A DNA stretch of 62,884 bases, the filler included, from Acidimicrobiia bacterium (lineage in GTDB: Bacteria > Actinomycetota > Acidimicrobiia > Spongiisociales > JAHEDJ01): assembly GCA_029210695.1 (NCBI GenBank). It is 3 parts of 3 records of this genome, joined end to end, with 100 filler letters (N's around TTAATTAATTAA, not from the genome) between each part and the next. Parts side by side here need not be neighbours in the genome. Positions count along the whole stretch, not along the records: positions 49,221 to 62,884 come from JARGFH010000006.1; 2 more parts are not named here. One strand, written 5' to 3'. Position 1 is the stretch's first letter; the number at the start of each line of letters is the position of its first letter. The notes beneath the pieces are model-generated. The model saw only the letters and a program-made list of their open reading frames with translations. It did no database searches and was not told the origin of the DNA. Positions 49,221 through 59,168 of this stretch are shown piece by piece. A program made the translations under genes and the position numbers.

Positions 49221-50475
49221 CCGACGCCAACCCGTCGGGCAGGAGGTCCTGGGCGTACTCCCGTACCACCGGTGAGACTGGTGCTCCGGGGAGCATGGCG
49301 GTGAAACAGGCCAGTTGGGCGCCGGTGGGTCGGTAGAAGTTGAACTCGGCCGCCCGAAACGCCGACTCCAGGATCGCCACCCTCCGTTCCACCTCGCCGA
49401 GGTTCCGGTGGGCGACGGCGACGATGGTGGTGGCCCGGAGTGCGGGGAGCGCCGGATTCGATTCGAGGCGGGCCCGATGCTCATCGACGGCGTCGGTGGC
49501 CGCTGCGAGGGTGGTGGCCGGCCCCGCCGGGTCGCCGCCCGGTTCGACAAGTTGGCCGACCAGGTTCCGTTTGGCTCGCAACGCTCGCCGCCGTGCGGTC
49601 TGGTTGTCGACCCGTTCGATCCGCACCGCCCAGTCGACCGGGTAGGGGAGTTGATCGTCGAGATGCCACAGCCACTCCCCGGACCCGTACGGGAAGGTCC
49701 ATGCCGCAGGGGTCTCGGCCAGACACGAGAACGCTTGATGGCCGGTTCCGTAGTCTGGGTGTTCGACGGACAGGTACCGCCAATGAGATGGTCGTTCGGG
49801 GTCGGTGCGTCGGCCGCCCTCGTGGTAGACGGCGTCACGGTCCAACCTCACCACCGACACCCGATCCACGATGTGGTCATTGGGGAGGGGCGGGTCGACC
49901 AGCCCGCGCAACACCGCTCGTTGGTAGACCCAGCGTACCTCTGCTGGGTCGAGGGGCCGGAGACGCAGATGCTGGGACAACTGGTCCGCCAGAGACGCCG
50001 CTTGGGCCGCCGCCACTGCCACTCGACCTCGCCCGGCCGGCTGGGGAGCTGCACCAAACGTGGACCCGACCTGTGACGCCGCCGCCCGGACCCGATCCGT
50101 CATCCGCCGGCCGGCTCCGGTGTCGGGGAGTCCGACGGCGAGGAACCAGCGGCGTTCGTACACCGACTCCGAAGCGAGCCGACTCGCCGTCCGGCGCGCC
50201 GTGGCTGCCCAGCCGGGTGCTCGCCCCAGGTCATCACTGCCGCCGATCCGGCGTTCGAGTTCGTCACGGGAGAGGCTGTTGGCGATCGACAGGATCAGCG
50301 AATGAGTGGGCAGGGCCAGCAGGGCGGCGGTGGTACGGGCGTGGGTCTGTTGGGCGTCGCGAACCGAACGGTGTGGATACGGGAATGGCTCGGTCTCGAA
50401 ACACGCCCAGACGGCCCCGTCGGCACCCCACACCAGATGACCGGTGATGCCGCGGACCGGAATCGGGTTACCCAT
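49221..50475 (-). CDS. VirB4/TcpF-like conjugation ATPase, N-terminal part (cut by contig end)
   Basis: P.R.I.GHLVW..DG.VWA, FP...EW, PVDWAVR, RPTG.Q..F..MLPG; follows TcpC/TcpE-like genes; Walker motifs not visible. Confidence 0.7.
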
Positions 50476-50890
50476 CAGCCCGCCTCCCGCGGCTCGCTGG
50501 GACGGGTCCGATCACGACACCGACCTGATTGCCGCGGGTCGGTCGTGGTCGGAGGACGGGCGCGCCGTTGCGCAACCCATGTCGGGATGCTGGGGACAGG
50601 AGCACGGTGGCGACGCCGGCGGCCACCAGGAACGGGGAGCGGCCCTCGATCCTCCAATGCCTCACCGCCCACCCCGCCCCGGCAACCAGCACCGTGAATA
50701 CCACCAGGTTCCCGACCGCTCCCAGGTGCGCCCACACTGGTCGGGCCACCAACAACAGCCCGCTCATTCCCGCCACTGCACCCAACTGCGAAGCCGACAT
50801 CGCCCACGGGAGCCGCCACCCGGCGACATGGCCGATGATCACCGGATGACGCAGCGCCTGGGTGTACGAGGAGTAGACGTCGACGTCCAT
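50468..50890 (-). CDS. TcpE-like small membrane conjugation protein
   Basis: YT.A.RHP..IG.V.GW.LPW, two TMs, RIEGRSP. Confidence 0.62.
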   Translation of the reverse strand: MDVDVYSSYTQALRHPVIIGHVAGWRLPWAMSASQLGAVAGMSGLLLVARPVWAHLGAVGNLVVFTVLVAGAGWAVRHWRIEGRSPFLVAAGVATVLLSPASRHGLRNGAPVLRPRPTRGNQVGVVIGPVPASRGRRADG

Positions 50891-50899
50891 CGCCGGCAC

Positions 50900-51163
50900 C
50901 TACACCGATCCGTCGAAGGTCACGACCACCGTTTGGGCGGCCGGTGCCAGGGCACCGACATCCTCGGCGACCTTGTTCTGCAGCCAGTCGGTGGCGTTGA
51001 TGGCGAACAGGACGATGGCGGCCAGGATGATCACCCCGATCACCGCCGAAACGGTCCGCTTCACCAGCCACGACCACAAGATCATCCCGATGGCGATCAG
51101 CACCGCCGCCCCGATCGCAAGGCTGGTCAGGTTCCCGACCAGAGTCTCTGCTGTATCAATCAT
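50900..51163 (-). CDS. Small two-TM conjugation protein (TcpD/VirB2-like)
   Basis: 87 aa hydrophobic protein with RBS, between TcpC- and TcpE-like genes. Confidence 0.55.
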   Translation of the reverse strand: MIDTAETLVGNLTSLAIGAAVLIAIGMILWSWLVKRTVSAVIGVIILAAIVLFAINATDWLQNKVAEDVGALAPAAQTVVVTFDGSV

Positions 51164-51176
51164 TGCTTTCTTCCTC

Positions 51177-52106
51177 TCAGTTGGTTTCCGACGATGCGAG
51201 TGGTGGTACCGCCAGCAGGTGGGAGACCTCCCAGCGGCCATCCCGCTGTTCGACCACCAGGGTGTATTCGAGAACCTGGGCCCGACCGGCACCGTCCGTC
51301 GCCCGGACCAAGACGGCCACCTCGGTGACACCGTCCGACGTTTCGACCAGCCCCGCTTCGAGGATCTCCACGCCGATGAACGGTGGTGGTCGGACCGCGA
51401 CGATGGGCGAGGACGGGGACGTGTACCGGGCAAGCTCCCCATCACCGGCCACATAGGCCGCCAGGAAACGAACCAGCATCTCCTCCAGACCAGGGTTCGC
51501 GTCGAGCCCGCCGCGGCGATCAATCAACAACTCCGGGACAGGCGCCCCGGCGGGCGCCGGGATGAGTGAGGGGAGACCGACGATCGCCCATCCTGAGTCG
51601 GTTTCGGCGACGCCAACCGAGTAGAAGCGGGTCCCGACCGGAACCCACACTGGCTGTCCCTCGGAGTCGGCATCGGCGGCAACCACTTCGGCAGCCACCG
51701 TCACCGCGAAGTAGCCGGGAGCGACCTCCACCGCTCCCAGGCTCGTCGTTCTCGTGACCGACCACGATCCGGTCTCGACGCGTTTCGGTGAGTCGCCGTC
51801 GAGGAATGAGTTGGGGTCCTCAGCCGAGTCCTCACCGGCGGCGAGGTAGGCGGCGATGAACAACTCGGCGAAACCCTCCACCCCAGACGTGTCGGGCGGC
51901 ACTTCTACGCCGGCCGCTACGCCGAGAGCATCAAGGCGGTCACCGATCGACGACACTTGGTTCGCCACCAGGAGAGCCGCCACAGGGCCGGAGATCACCA
52001 GCAGCCACAAGACGATGTGCACGACCCGAATGGTCAGAGTCGGGTTCCAGCTTCGACGCGAGCCGCCTTCGCCACCGAACACTCCTTCGCTCGCCGCGGG
52101 CGTCAT
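51177..52106 (-). CDS. TcpC-like (VirB8-like) conjugal transfer protein
   Basis: N-terminal TM, GFAELFIAAYL, RFLAAY..G..ELARY, Y.L....RDGRWEV. Confidence 0.75.
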   Translation of the reverse strand: MTPAASEGVFGGEGGSRRSWNPTLTIRVVHIVLWLLVISGPVAALLVANQVSSIGDRLDALGVAAGVEVPPDTSGVEGFAELFIAAYLAAGEDSAEDPNSFLDGDSPKRVETGSWSVTRTTSLGAVEVAPGYFAVTVAAEVVAADADSEGQPVWVPVGTRFYSVGVAETDSGWAIVGLPSLIPAPAGAPVPELLIDRRGGLDANPGLEEMLVRFLAAYVAGDGELARYTSPSSPIVAVRPPPFIGVEILEAGLVETSDGVTEVAVLVRATDGAGRAQVLEYTLVVEQRDGRWEVSHLLAVPPLASSETN

Positions 52107-52426
52107 CGGATCCCCCTCGACCGGTCCGCCCCACCGCGCCGCTGCGGGCGCCGTGAGATGGCTTCCCGACGCAGAGCCTCGACCCGGGCATCCTCGGCGC
52201 ACCAATACGAATCCTCGAAGAACCCCACCACCCGACCCGCCAGTCGGCGGGACGGCAACATCCCACCAGTGTTCAGAAGGTCGTCAAGCAGATCACACCA
52301 GGTGTCCCATCCGACCCTGATCTGGGCCTCTAGCTCAGCATCGGTCAGGGTGCGAACGTCCCCCTCGTGCGCGATTTCGGGGTCGAGTCGCCCGTGGTTG
52401 GGTTGCGGTGGCGAAAAGGCTTCCAT
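52103..52426 (-). CDS. Hypothetical protein
   Basis: GGAGGA RBS, ATGA overlap with tcpC-like gene. Confidence 0.5.
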   Translation of the reverse strand: MEAFSPPQPNHGRLDPEIAHEGDVRTLTDAELEAQIRVGWDTWCDLLDDLLNTGGMLPSRRLAGRVVGFFEDSYWCAEDARVEALRREAISRRPQRRGGADRSRGIR

Positions 52427-52533
52427 GGTCTCCTCCGTTGATTCGGTCATCTGGGTCGGTCGTGTTGGCCGGTTGTTGACGTAAGGGGCAGGCAGGGGAG
52501 CGCAACGCGACGCGCTACTGGGTGCCATGTGGG

Positions 52534-53307
52534 TCATCGGGCGAGGGTCAGGCTTTGGCGCACCCGACGCTCTGTCCGGAGACGGCGTTGGCGGAGCGTC
52601 TGCGGACTGACGTTCTCGGCGGCTGCCAGTTCGTCCATGGAGAAACCGGCAGCTCGGGTCATCACGACCAGGCGGGCCGCGTCCTCGCGAACAGCTCCGC
52701 GCTGTTGCACCCACTCGACCAGTTGGTCAAACCGCTGGGCTTCGGCCATGCCCTCTGTGGTGTCCGCGCCGGTATCGAGGCCGGAGTAGTCGTCGACGAA
52801 TGTGACCGGCTCCGTTCGGGCGCGGACCGCCGACCGCAGAACCCGGCGTCTCGTGTTCGTGTAGATCCGGAAGCTCGGTGGCGTACCAGCTGGCTCAGTG
52901 GCACACCAAGAGATCACGTCCAACGCCGCGGCCACTATGCGGGCGGCGCGCTCCTCAACGTCCCAGCCACGGATGCCGTTCACCAAGCTCTTCAACCCCG
53001 GAAGCACCACCTGAAGCGCGATCCGTTTGGCCAGGGCGTCGTCAGAGGCTCGTTCGAGCAGGGCGGTAAGGACCTGATCTCGCTCCGCCCAGCTCGCCAC
53101 GTCACGCCGCTGCGCGGCGGCCACGAGCTGGTCGCCGTCATCGAACGAAAGCCGATGGTCCTGGGCTTCCCAGGCCCGAAGACGATCCCTCAACAGTCGC
53201 GAAGGTGCAAGCACACGCCACTCAGCATCAAGCCGGCGAACCAACTCGCTGTCAGCCGCCCTCGTCGGGGGTCTTGGACCCACCGCCTGCTCCTCTCGTG
53301 CGCTCAC
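52534..53307 (-). CDS. Sigma-70-like/HTH DNA-binding protein heading the conjugation operon
   Basis: C-terminal region-4-like HTH (GFSMDELAAAENVSPQTLRQRRLR). Confidence 0.55.
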   Translation of the reverse strand: MSAREEQAVGPRPPTRAADSELVRRLDAEWRVLAPSRLLRDRLRAWEAQDHRLSFDDGDQLVAAAQRRDVASWAERDQVLTALLERASDDALAKRIALQVVLPGLKSLVNGIRGWDVEERAARIVAAALDVISWCATEPAGTPPSFRIYTNTRRRVLRSAVRARTEPVTFVDDYSGLDTGADTTEGMAEAQRFDQLVEWVQQRGAVREDAARLVVMTRAAGFSMDELAAAENVSPQTLRQRRLRTERRVRQSLTLAR

Positions 53308-53659
53308 GAGGTGGAGCGTCCGCGCGGACCCTGTCAGCCGAGTGTCAGCAGCCCTCTCATACGAGTGTTACGTTCCGAAACTGGTCATTCAGGATCTGAT
53401 CAAGAAATGGGCGGCCTGATGACCTGTCCGACCTGAGCGGATCCTCCCAGCTCGTCGAACGTCAGGAGCGTCGGCATAAGAGAGCGCCCGCTGTTCGGAT
53501 GCTGTTCCGATCAGCAGACGCAGTCCAAGCGACGAATCCGGCCGAATAGCCTTCGGGTTCCGGACGCGTCCGTGGTCGCACGTCCGATGGCGGTCCGCAC
53601 GCTGCGTGTAGCACAAACGATTGGCAACGCCGCAAGGCATCGGGCGGTAGAGTTGCCAG

Positions 53660-53962
53660 ATGCCACCCCAACGACGCCCCGAGATCGCCGCGCTTCGAGT
53701 GCGTCAGTGGCTCTCAGCGTGGGACGAGGTCCTGTTCGACCCTGCTCAACATCGTCGCCGGCCTCCGGATTCGTTCTTCGTCTTGTCCATGCAGGCCACA
53801 CAGTTGAGAGCACTCTGCGACATCCGGCGTCGAACAACCCGGGGGCAGCGAGCCAGAAAGACTGATCTTGGCATTCAACGTCGACACAACGAGGAGCACA
53901 GCCACGTTGTCGATGTCCAATGCCAGCCATTTCGCCCGGTGCTGGCGTGTACGCTCGGGTGA
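53660..53962 (+). pseudogene. Possible N-terminal remnant of a DGQHR/DndB-like gene
   Basis: ALRVRQW...FF..SM.A..LRAL...DLGIQRRH resembles DGQHR-family N-termini; the DGQHR motif itself is absent. Confidence 0.4.
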
Positions 53963-54011
53963 GCGTCTCGTGCTAGGGACCGTGTCCGCTCTCGATTCGT
54001 TCGAAGTCATC

Positions 54012-55268
54012 ATGCACACGAGAGTGGGGGGCAATTCGACATGTGAGGGCTTCGCCGGAACTCGCTTGGTGCGACCCGCGTGGATCGTGGTGGTATCGGA
54101 AGGGTCCTCAACAGCCGACACCCTCGCTGGCGATCTCGCAGCCGCGCTGCGCACCGAGTTTCTCACCTTGCAACCTGTCGCCGCTCAACCGCGTGTTCCC
54201 TGCGGCGGGGTCATGCGTGAGCTTCATTGCGGGGCCGAGGGCGAGTGGGACTGCCTTCGACTGTTGGTCTGGGTCGGGGCTACCACCCCGGATGTCAGCG
54301 CTGTGCTGGAGCTTACAGACTGGCTGGGAAGGCCGGGCCGGTACGCGGTACTGCCCGTCCTCAAATCCGGCCTCGATCCATACGCCGTGCTCCCGCCTTC
54401 GATTCAACACCTGAATGCTTCACGCTTCGACGCCAATATCGGCGAGTCAGTCCTCGATGTACTTGGGGCCGCCGGCATAGCACCCACCGAGAACAGGGTG
54501 TTCATCAGCTACAAGACGGAGGATGGTTCGTCCCTCGCCGACAGCGTCTTCGATGCGCTCGCGCACGCTGGGTTCGATGTCTTCCTGGATCGCTTCCGCC
54601 TTGACCCAGGCGTGGACTTCGAGGTTCGCCTGTTTGAGGAACTGGCGGATAAGGCAATGGTGGTTGTTGTCGAGTCACCGCTCATCGCCACGTCGCCCTG
54701 GGTACGCATGGAGGTTGGCTTCAGCGCAAAGCACCTGCTTGGGCTGTTGGCATTGCACGCTCCCGACGCTGGCTATGCGCCGGTTCCGAGCCGTCAGCGG
54801 TTGACGTTGAGCAAAGGCGAGGTGCGGGGTTCGTTTGTTCATCGGGATCTCCATCTGACCAAGCAGGGCAGGGCCCAGGTTGTCGATCGTGTACGCACCG
54901 CGCACGCGGCCGCCATCAACCGCCGGGAGCGGCTTCTACGCCTCTCCGCCCTGTGGTCGTTGATCTCGTCGGGGGTTGTACCGGCGGATATTCACCTATC
55001 CGCCGAAGGGCTTGATGTGACCTCGATATCTCGATCATATGCGATCAGCCTTTCGCCGAGACCTGCCCAGCTCGAGCAGTTCTACCGGACGGAGCGCCGT
55101 GTCGCCGGTTCGGGACGTGATCCCGCCGTTGTCAGTCCTGTCGCTGGACTCGGTGGCGGGCGCCGAAGCAAGCTCGGCTGGCTCGCGGAGAAGGCCGACG
55201 TGAGCCACTTCGATGTCACGGGCTTGAGTGAACTCGCTGATCTGATCGCGGCCGGGAGCAAGCTGTGA
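54012..55268 (+). CDS. TIR-domain protein (TIR_2-type, central domain)
   Basis: RVFISYK..DG...A, FDVFLDRF, SPWVRMEV with catalytic Glu; start uncertain. Confidence 0.88.
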   Translation: MHTRVGGNSTCEGFAGTRLVRPAWIVVVSEGSSTADTLAGDLAAALRTEFLTLQPVAAQPRVPCGGVMRELHCGAEGEWDCLRLLVWVGATTPDVSAVLELTDWLGRPGRYAVLPVLKSGLDPYAVLPPSIQHLNASRFDANIGESVLDVLGAAGIAPTENRVFISYKTEDGSSLADSVFDALAHAGFDVFLDRFRLDPGVDFEVRLFEELADKAMVVVVESPLIATSPWVRMEVGFSAKHLLGLLALHAPDAGYAPVPSRQRLTLSKGEVRGSFVHRDLHLTKQGRAQVVDRVRTAHAAAINRRERLLRLSALWSLISSGVVPADIHLSAEGLDVTSISRSYAISLSPRPAQLEQFYRTERRVAGSGRDPAVVSPVAGLGGGRRSKLGWLAEKADVSHFDVTGLSELADLIAAGSKL

Positions 55269-56056
55269 CCGTCTACTGGCGACCCTGGGACCCCGAGGAA
55301 GGCAAGCTACATGGCGCGAGTGTGTTCCTGGCGGCTTCACCCGACGACGATTCAGAATTCCTTGAGGAAGCCATCATCAGCCTTGTCCGGGCCGTCTTCG
55401 CGGGCGGCGGCCGCTTGGCAGTAGGAGCTGAACCCTCGCTCGTGGCTTTGGCGGGACTGATTGCAGCCGAATACATGCCCTCCAGGTACGTGGAAACCGG
55501 CGAGCGACCCAGAACGGGCGCGGGAATGCTCACTGTCTATGCCGACCGCTGGCTCGAAGCCGGGGCGGAGATGCAGGTATTCGACCTCTTTGAGTCGATC
55601 GGCGCGGCGACCTTCTTTGTCTGGTCCGGCGAGCAGAGGAGCTTCGTCCCGAGACGACGCGCCGCGGAAAGCGGTAGGGAATGGTCACCGGGCAGCATTC
55701 GTGACGCCGTCCGCCATGCGCTGCCGTGGGCAACTGTGGCCTTTGGGGCGAGCGAACCTGTTGTGGCCCAGGCTATGGAATTCGAGGGCCCGATCTTCGT
55801 TGTAATGCCGCCGACCGCACAGCAACCCTTCCCGATTGAACAGGCAGTCGACCTAACCGAGCGGTACGCCATGGACGATACCTCCACGAAGGTAAGCGCG
55901 ATCCTCGAACGGTTCGCCATGCTCGACGCCGACGAGCGGCAGCGCCCAGGGCGTGACTGGATCAGCGACTCGACCGACATCCCTGGGGGGCGCGTCCCTC
56001 TCGCCTTCATCATGCAGCGCTTCGTCGCCTACCTCGGGCAACGGGACGCCCTTTGA
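55265..56056 (+). CDS. SLOG cluster 3-like protein, divergent
   Basis: SVFLAAS...EAIISLVRAVFAGGGRLAVGAEPS; GTGA overlap with the TIR gene. Confidence 0.6.
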   Translation: MTVYWRPWDPEEGKLHGASVFLAASPDDDSEFLEEAIISLVRAVFAGGGRLAVGAEPSLVALAGLIAAEYMPSRYVETGERPRTGAGMLTVYADRWLEAGAEMQVFDLFESIGAATFFVWSGEQRSFVPRRRAAESGREWSPGSIRDAVRHALPWATVAFGASEPVVAQAMEFEGPIFVVMPPTAQQPFPIEQAVDLTERYAMDDTSTKVSAILERFAMLDADERQRPGRDWISDSTDIPGGRVPLAFIMQRFVAYLGQRDAL

Positions 56057-56203
56057 GCCGCTGTTGGGCGTCGCGCTGAGTTCGGAGGGGCTAGCCAGCA
56101 GAAGTCTCGCTGGATGGGAGACAATCAGGAACTGCCAGCTCCGCCGGGCTGACACGGGTGCGGGTTGTGTTGCGAACCACGCTCTATCCGAAAGGCGTAA
56201 GGG

Positions 56204-56746
56204 TCAACACGGACTGTTGTTCTTCCTGAGATCGGACGTCGAACCGCTCACAGGATCGCGGTGGTCACGACGCCAGATCGCGTCCTCCACCCACTGAGCG
56301 AGCGTCGCCCCCGACGATGGGTGGCGGTGGTAGGAGGCGTAGCCTTCTTCCCGGCCACTTTGGCTCTTGTAGTCGCGGTTCATCGCAAGACGAGGTGGGA
56401 GGTCGATGTCGCTTCGACCGTCGATGCTCGGGAGCTGTACCGCTAGAAGTCCGCCGCGGGGGTCCTTGGGGTTGTCCCGCAGGGTTGCAGCGACCTCCCA
56501 GTCGACGTATCTCCTTGCCCAGGTGCACTGGCCGATGAGGGCGATCGTCGTGGAGGTCCCAGTGATGTAGTTCTCGCGGATTCGCCGCAATACGTAGTCC
56601 GTGTCGTTGCTGTCGATGAAGTCGTCCTCGTCGGATACTCCGATCGCGCGTAGCTCGTTGAAGTTCTCCTCGAAGGAGTCGATGAAGGTCTCCACCTCGG
56701 CCTGGTCGCCATGGTGATAGGTGAGGAAGACACTTCGCTCAACCAT
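56204..56746 (-). CDS. ThsB-like TIR (DUF1863)
   Basis: VFLTYHH.DQ, IRENYI..TSTTIALIG..TW.RRYVDWEV, LPPRL. Confidence 0.9.
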   Translation of the reverse strand: MVERSVFLTYHHGDQAEVETFIDSFEENFNELRAIGVSDEDDFIDSNDTDYVLRRIRENYITGTSTTIALIGQCTWARRYVDWEVAATLRDNPKDPRGGLLAVQLPSIDGRSDIDLPPRLAMNRDYKSQSGREEGYASYHRHPSSGATLAQWVEDAIWRRDHRDPVSGSTSDLRKNNSPC

Positions 56747-56796
56747 CGGGCCTTCTTTCAATCAGAGTGACCTGGTTTCACCTTAGATCACGTGAG

Positions 56797-57405
56797 CTAT
56801 CGCCAGTCGAGCGGTTCACCAGCGATTCCCTCGCCGGCCTTTGACCTAAGCCATGTCGTGAAGGCTTCGCGTAGGTCGTCCGGGAAGTTGCGCCGGTAGC
56901 CGCGCACGCTGCTAGAGACGTTGTCGCCGTCCCAATCGCGGAACTCAGCTGGGATGTCGATGGCTCGATCCCCGTAGTACACGAAATTCTCGGAGATCAG
57001 GACGCGCGGAGCGCTCGTGTCCCGCCTGACGTGATCCATGTTGGGGGTGCCATCTTCAAGGCTGTGCCGACCGTCTTCCTGAGTCCAGGATTTTCCGTCG
57101 GGCGTGCGGTGGTAGATGTTGTCGCCGTACCGCTGCTTCAGGCTGCCAACACGATTCGGCTTCTTTCGCTCGAACCTGGGGTCGCTCCAGTATTCGTCGT
57201 ACGAGACCGCCTCGTCGACCCGCATAGCGAACACCAGGAGGCCCTTCTGGCCTTTTTGCCTTGAGCCGATACCCGCGACCCAGTCACCTGGCTTTGCGGC
57301 CCGCCGGATCCCGGGCTTACACGTGGCGAGCGTGCACACGCCATGGAAAGGATTGGGTGCGAAGCCAATGTCGTAGCGCACGACGTAGGTGAACAGATCG
57401 GCCAC
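56797..57405 (-). CDS. Nmad2 (nucleotide-modification-associated domain 2) protein
   Basis: YVVRYD.GFAPNPFHG.CTLATCKP.IRR.A..GDWV.G, Y..DPRF..KKP, GDNIY, VLIS..F.YYG. Confidence 0.85.
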   Translation of the reverse strand: MADLFTYVVRYDIGFAPNPFHGVCTLATCKPGIRRAAKPGDWVAGIGSRQKGQKGLLVFAMRVDEAVSYDEYWSDPRFERKKPNRVGSLKQRYGDNIYHRTPDGKSWTQEDGRHSLEDGTPNMDHVRRDTSAPRVLISENFVYYGDRAIDIPAEFRDWDGDNVSSSVRGYRRNFPDDLREAFTTWLRSKAGEGIAGEPLDWR

Positions 57406-57408
57406 CAG

Positions 57409-57876
57409 CTAGCAGCCGACGCGGTTGACGGGCTGGGGTGACCGGGGCGTACCGCTCGAGTCTTCGAACGCCCGCGCGCCGTCGAAGGCATCGAGAATGC
57501 TGTCCGAGTTCCAGCCAACAATCGCGTCCGCGTACCTCTCGAGGGGTTCCGGAACCTCGCAGCCGGCGGACCCAGGCGCCCAGACGCCGATTATCGGCTT
57601 GTCGAGCTGGTTGGCGTACTCGACCTCCCAGTCGACCCAGTCGTGGTTCTTCGTGTCCGGCGTGATGAGCACGACGACCTTGCCGGCCCATCGGATTCCA
57701 GGTGCGAGGATCTGGGTCTTGATATAGTCGGGGTCGCGTGCCTCGTTGGGGTTGTCGCTCGTGATGGAGGCGTCGCGGATCTGTACGCCCTTGCCGTCCA
57801 GCAACTCCTTGAAGTCGGCAACACGCGCGTCGTCCTCATGGCGATGGCTGATGAACACGTTGTGGGCTTCGCTCAT
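57409..57876 (-). CDS. ThsB-like TIR (DUF1863)
   Basis: NVFISHRHED, YIK..IL.P.I, VVLI...T...DWVDWEV, KPIIGV, IVGWN. Confidence 0.9.
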   Translation of the reverse strand: MSEAHNVFISHRHEDDARVADFKELLDGKGVQIRDASITSDNPNEARDPDYIKTQILAPGIRWAGKVVVLITPDTKNHDWVDWEVEYANQLDKPIIGVWAPGSAGCEVPEPLERYADAIVGWNSDSILDAFDGARAFEDSSGTPRSPQPVNRVGC

Positions 57877-57947
57877 GAGGCGGCCTCCTGGGACTCTTCA
57901 ACCGCAACTCTACGGAATGGGTGTGACAGAACTTGTACGATGGTGGC

Positions 57948-59168
57948 ATGCTCCCCCCGATTCTCGAGATCTATTTGGTCTGGCACCCAAGCGACACGGA
58001 GGGCGAGACGATCCTCGGTTGGCTGCTGGAGCACTTTCACGGGACTCCGTACGCTGGACTGATCGGGGGAGCTGTCGAGGTGTACGCGCGCTCCGCGCCT
58101 TGGGCACCGGGCTCGGATGCCCCAAGACCACTGCCCTGCGACACGCCGCTGCCATACGACCTGCCGTCCGCCCGGGTGACGGCCATCGTTCCGATCATTG
58201 GCACGCGCCTCGCCCGGGCGGTCGACGACGAGTCCTCAGACTGGCGCCGCTACCTCGAAACCATGCGAGCGGCAGCCGATGCCCCTGGCAATCCGGTCGG
58301 AGTCTTCCCCCTCCGACTGCACGGGACTGCTGACGGGGCCATTGGACAGCTACTCGGTGACTTGCAGGAGCTCAATCGGGCGAGCGCCGAAGATCGTGGC
58401 ACCCTCTGTCGCGAGCTCTCGCAGGCAATTGCTCAACTTGTCAACGACCCCTTTGGGAACCGGCTGACGGTGTTCATCAGTCACACCAAGCGGCATTCGC
58501 CAGACGAGGAACCCGACTACGTCGATGACCTCGTGACCCGGGTCCGGAGCATGATCTCGAATACGCATCTGCGTGCCTACTTCGACGCTGCCGACGTTCA
58601 AGCCGGGTCCGACTGGGATCACGAGCTCCGGTCAAACGCCGCTTCGAACGCGCTGCTCGCGATACGCACCGACCTTTACGCCGGGCGTGAGTGGTGCCAG
58701 CGCGAGTTTCTTATCGCCAAGCAAGCGGGAATGCCAATCGTGACTCTCAACGCGGTCCGCCGATCCGAAGAACGTGGGTCTTTCCTCATGGATCATGTAC
58801 CGATAGTGGGCTACGACCACCGAGACGACGACGCAAGCGCGCACAGCATCGAAGAAGCACTGAACCTGCTGGTTGACGGAGCACTGCGGCGAGCGGTCTG
58901 GGGCCTTCAAGAGGCGGAACTCAGTTCACGAGGAGTCGACTGGGCTCCGCTGCACGCACCAGAGCCCGCGACGATTATCCCCTGGCTGCTCGCCAACAAG
59001 GAGCGCGCAATGGCAGATGGTCGAATACTTATCATGCACCCAGACCCACCCCTTGGACCGGACGAAAATGGCGTCATCGATCAGTTGTTCCAGGTAGCAG
59101 GAGTCAAAGCTCCGATAGACGTCGTCACGCCGCGGACCTATGCAAGCAGGGGAGGAGGAGAGCTCTGA
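57948..59168 (+). CDS. TIR-domain protein
   Basis: VFISHTK, AYFDA.D...G.DW, RTD.YA.REWCQREFL.AK..GMPIV with catalytic Glu; C-terminal PEP...HPDPPLG. Confidence 0.88.
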   Translation: MLPPILEIYLVWHPSDTEGETILGWLLEHFHGTPYAGLIGGAVEVYARSAPWAPGSDAPRPLPCDTPLPYDLPSARVTAIVPIIGTRLARAVDDESSDWRRYLETMRAAADAPGNPVGVFPLRLHGTADGAIGQLLGDLQELNRASAEDRGTLCRELSQAIAQLVNDPFGNRLTVFISHTKRHSPDEEPDYVDDLVTRVRSMISNTHLRAYFDAADVQAGSDWDHELRSNAASNALLAIRTDLYAGREWCQREFLIAKQAGMPIVTLNAVRRSEERGSFLMDHVPIVGYDHRDDDASAHSIEEALNLLVDGALRRAVWGLQEAELSSRGVDWAPLHAPEPATIIPWLLANKERAMADGRILIMHPDPPLGPDENGVIDQLFQVAGVKAPIDVVTPRTYASRGGGEL

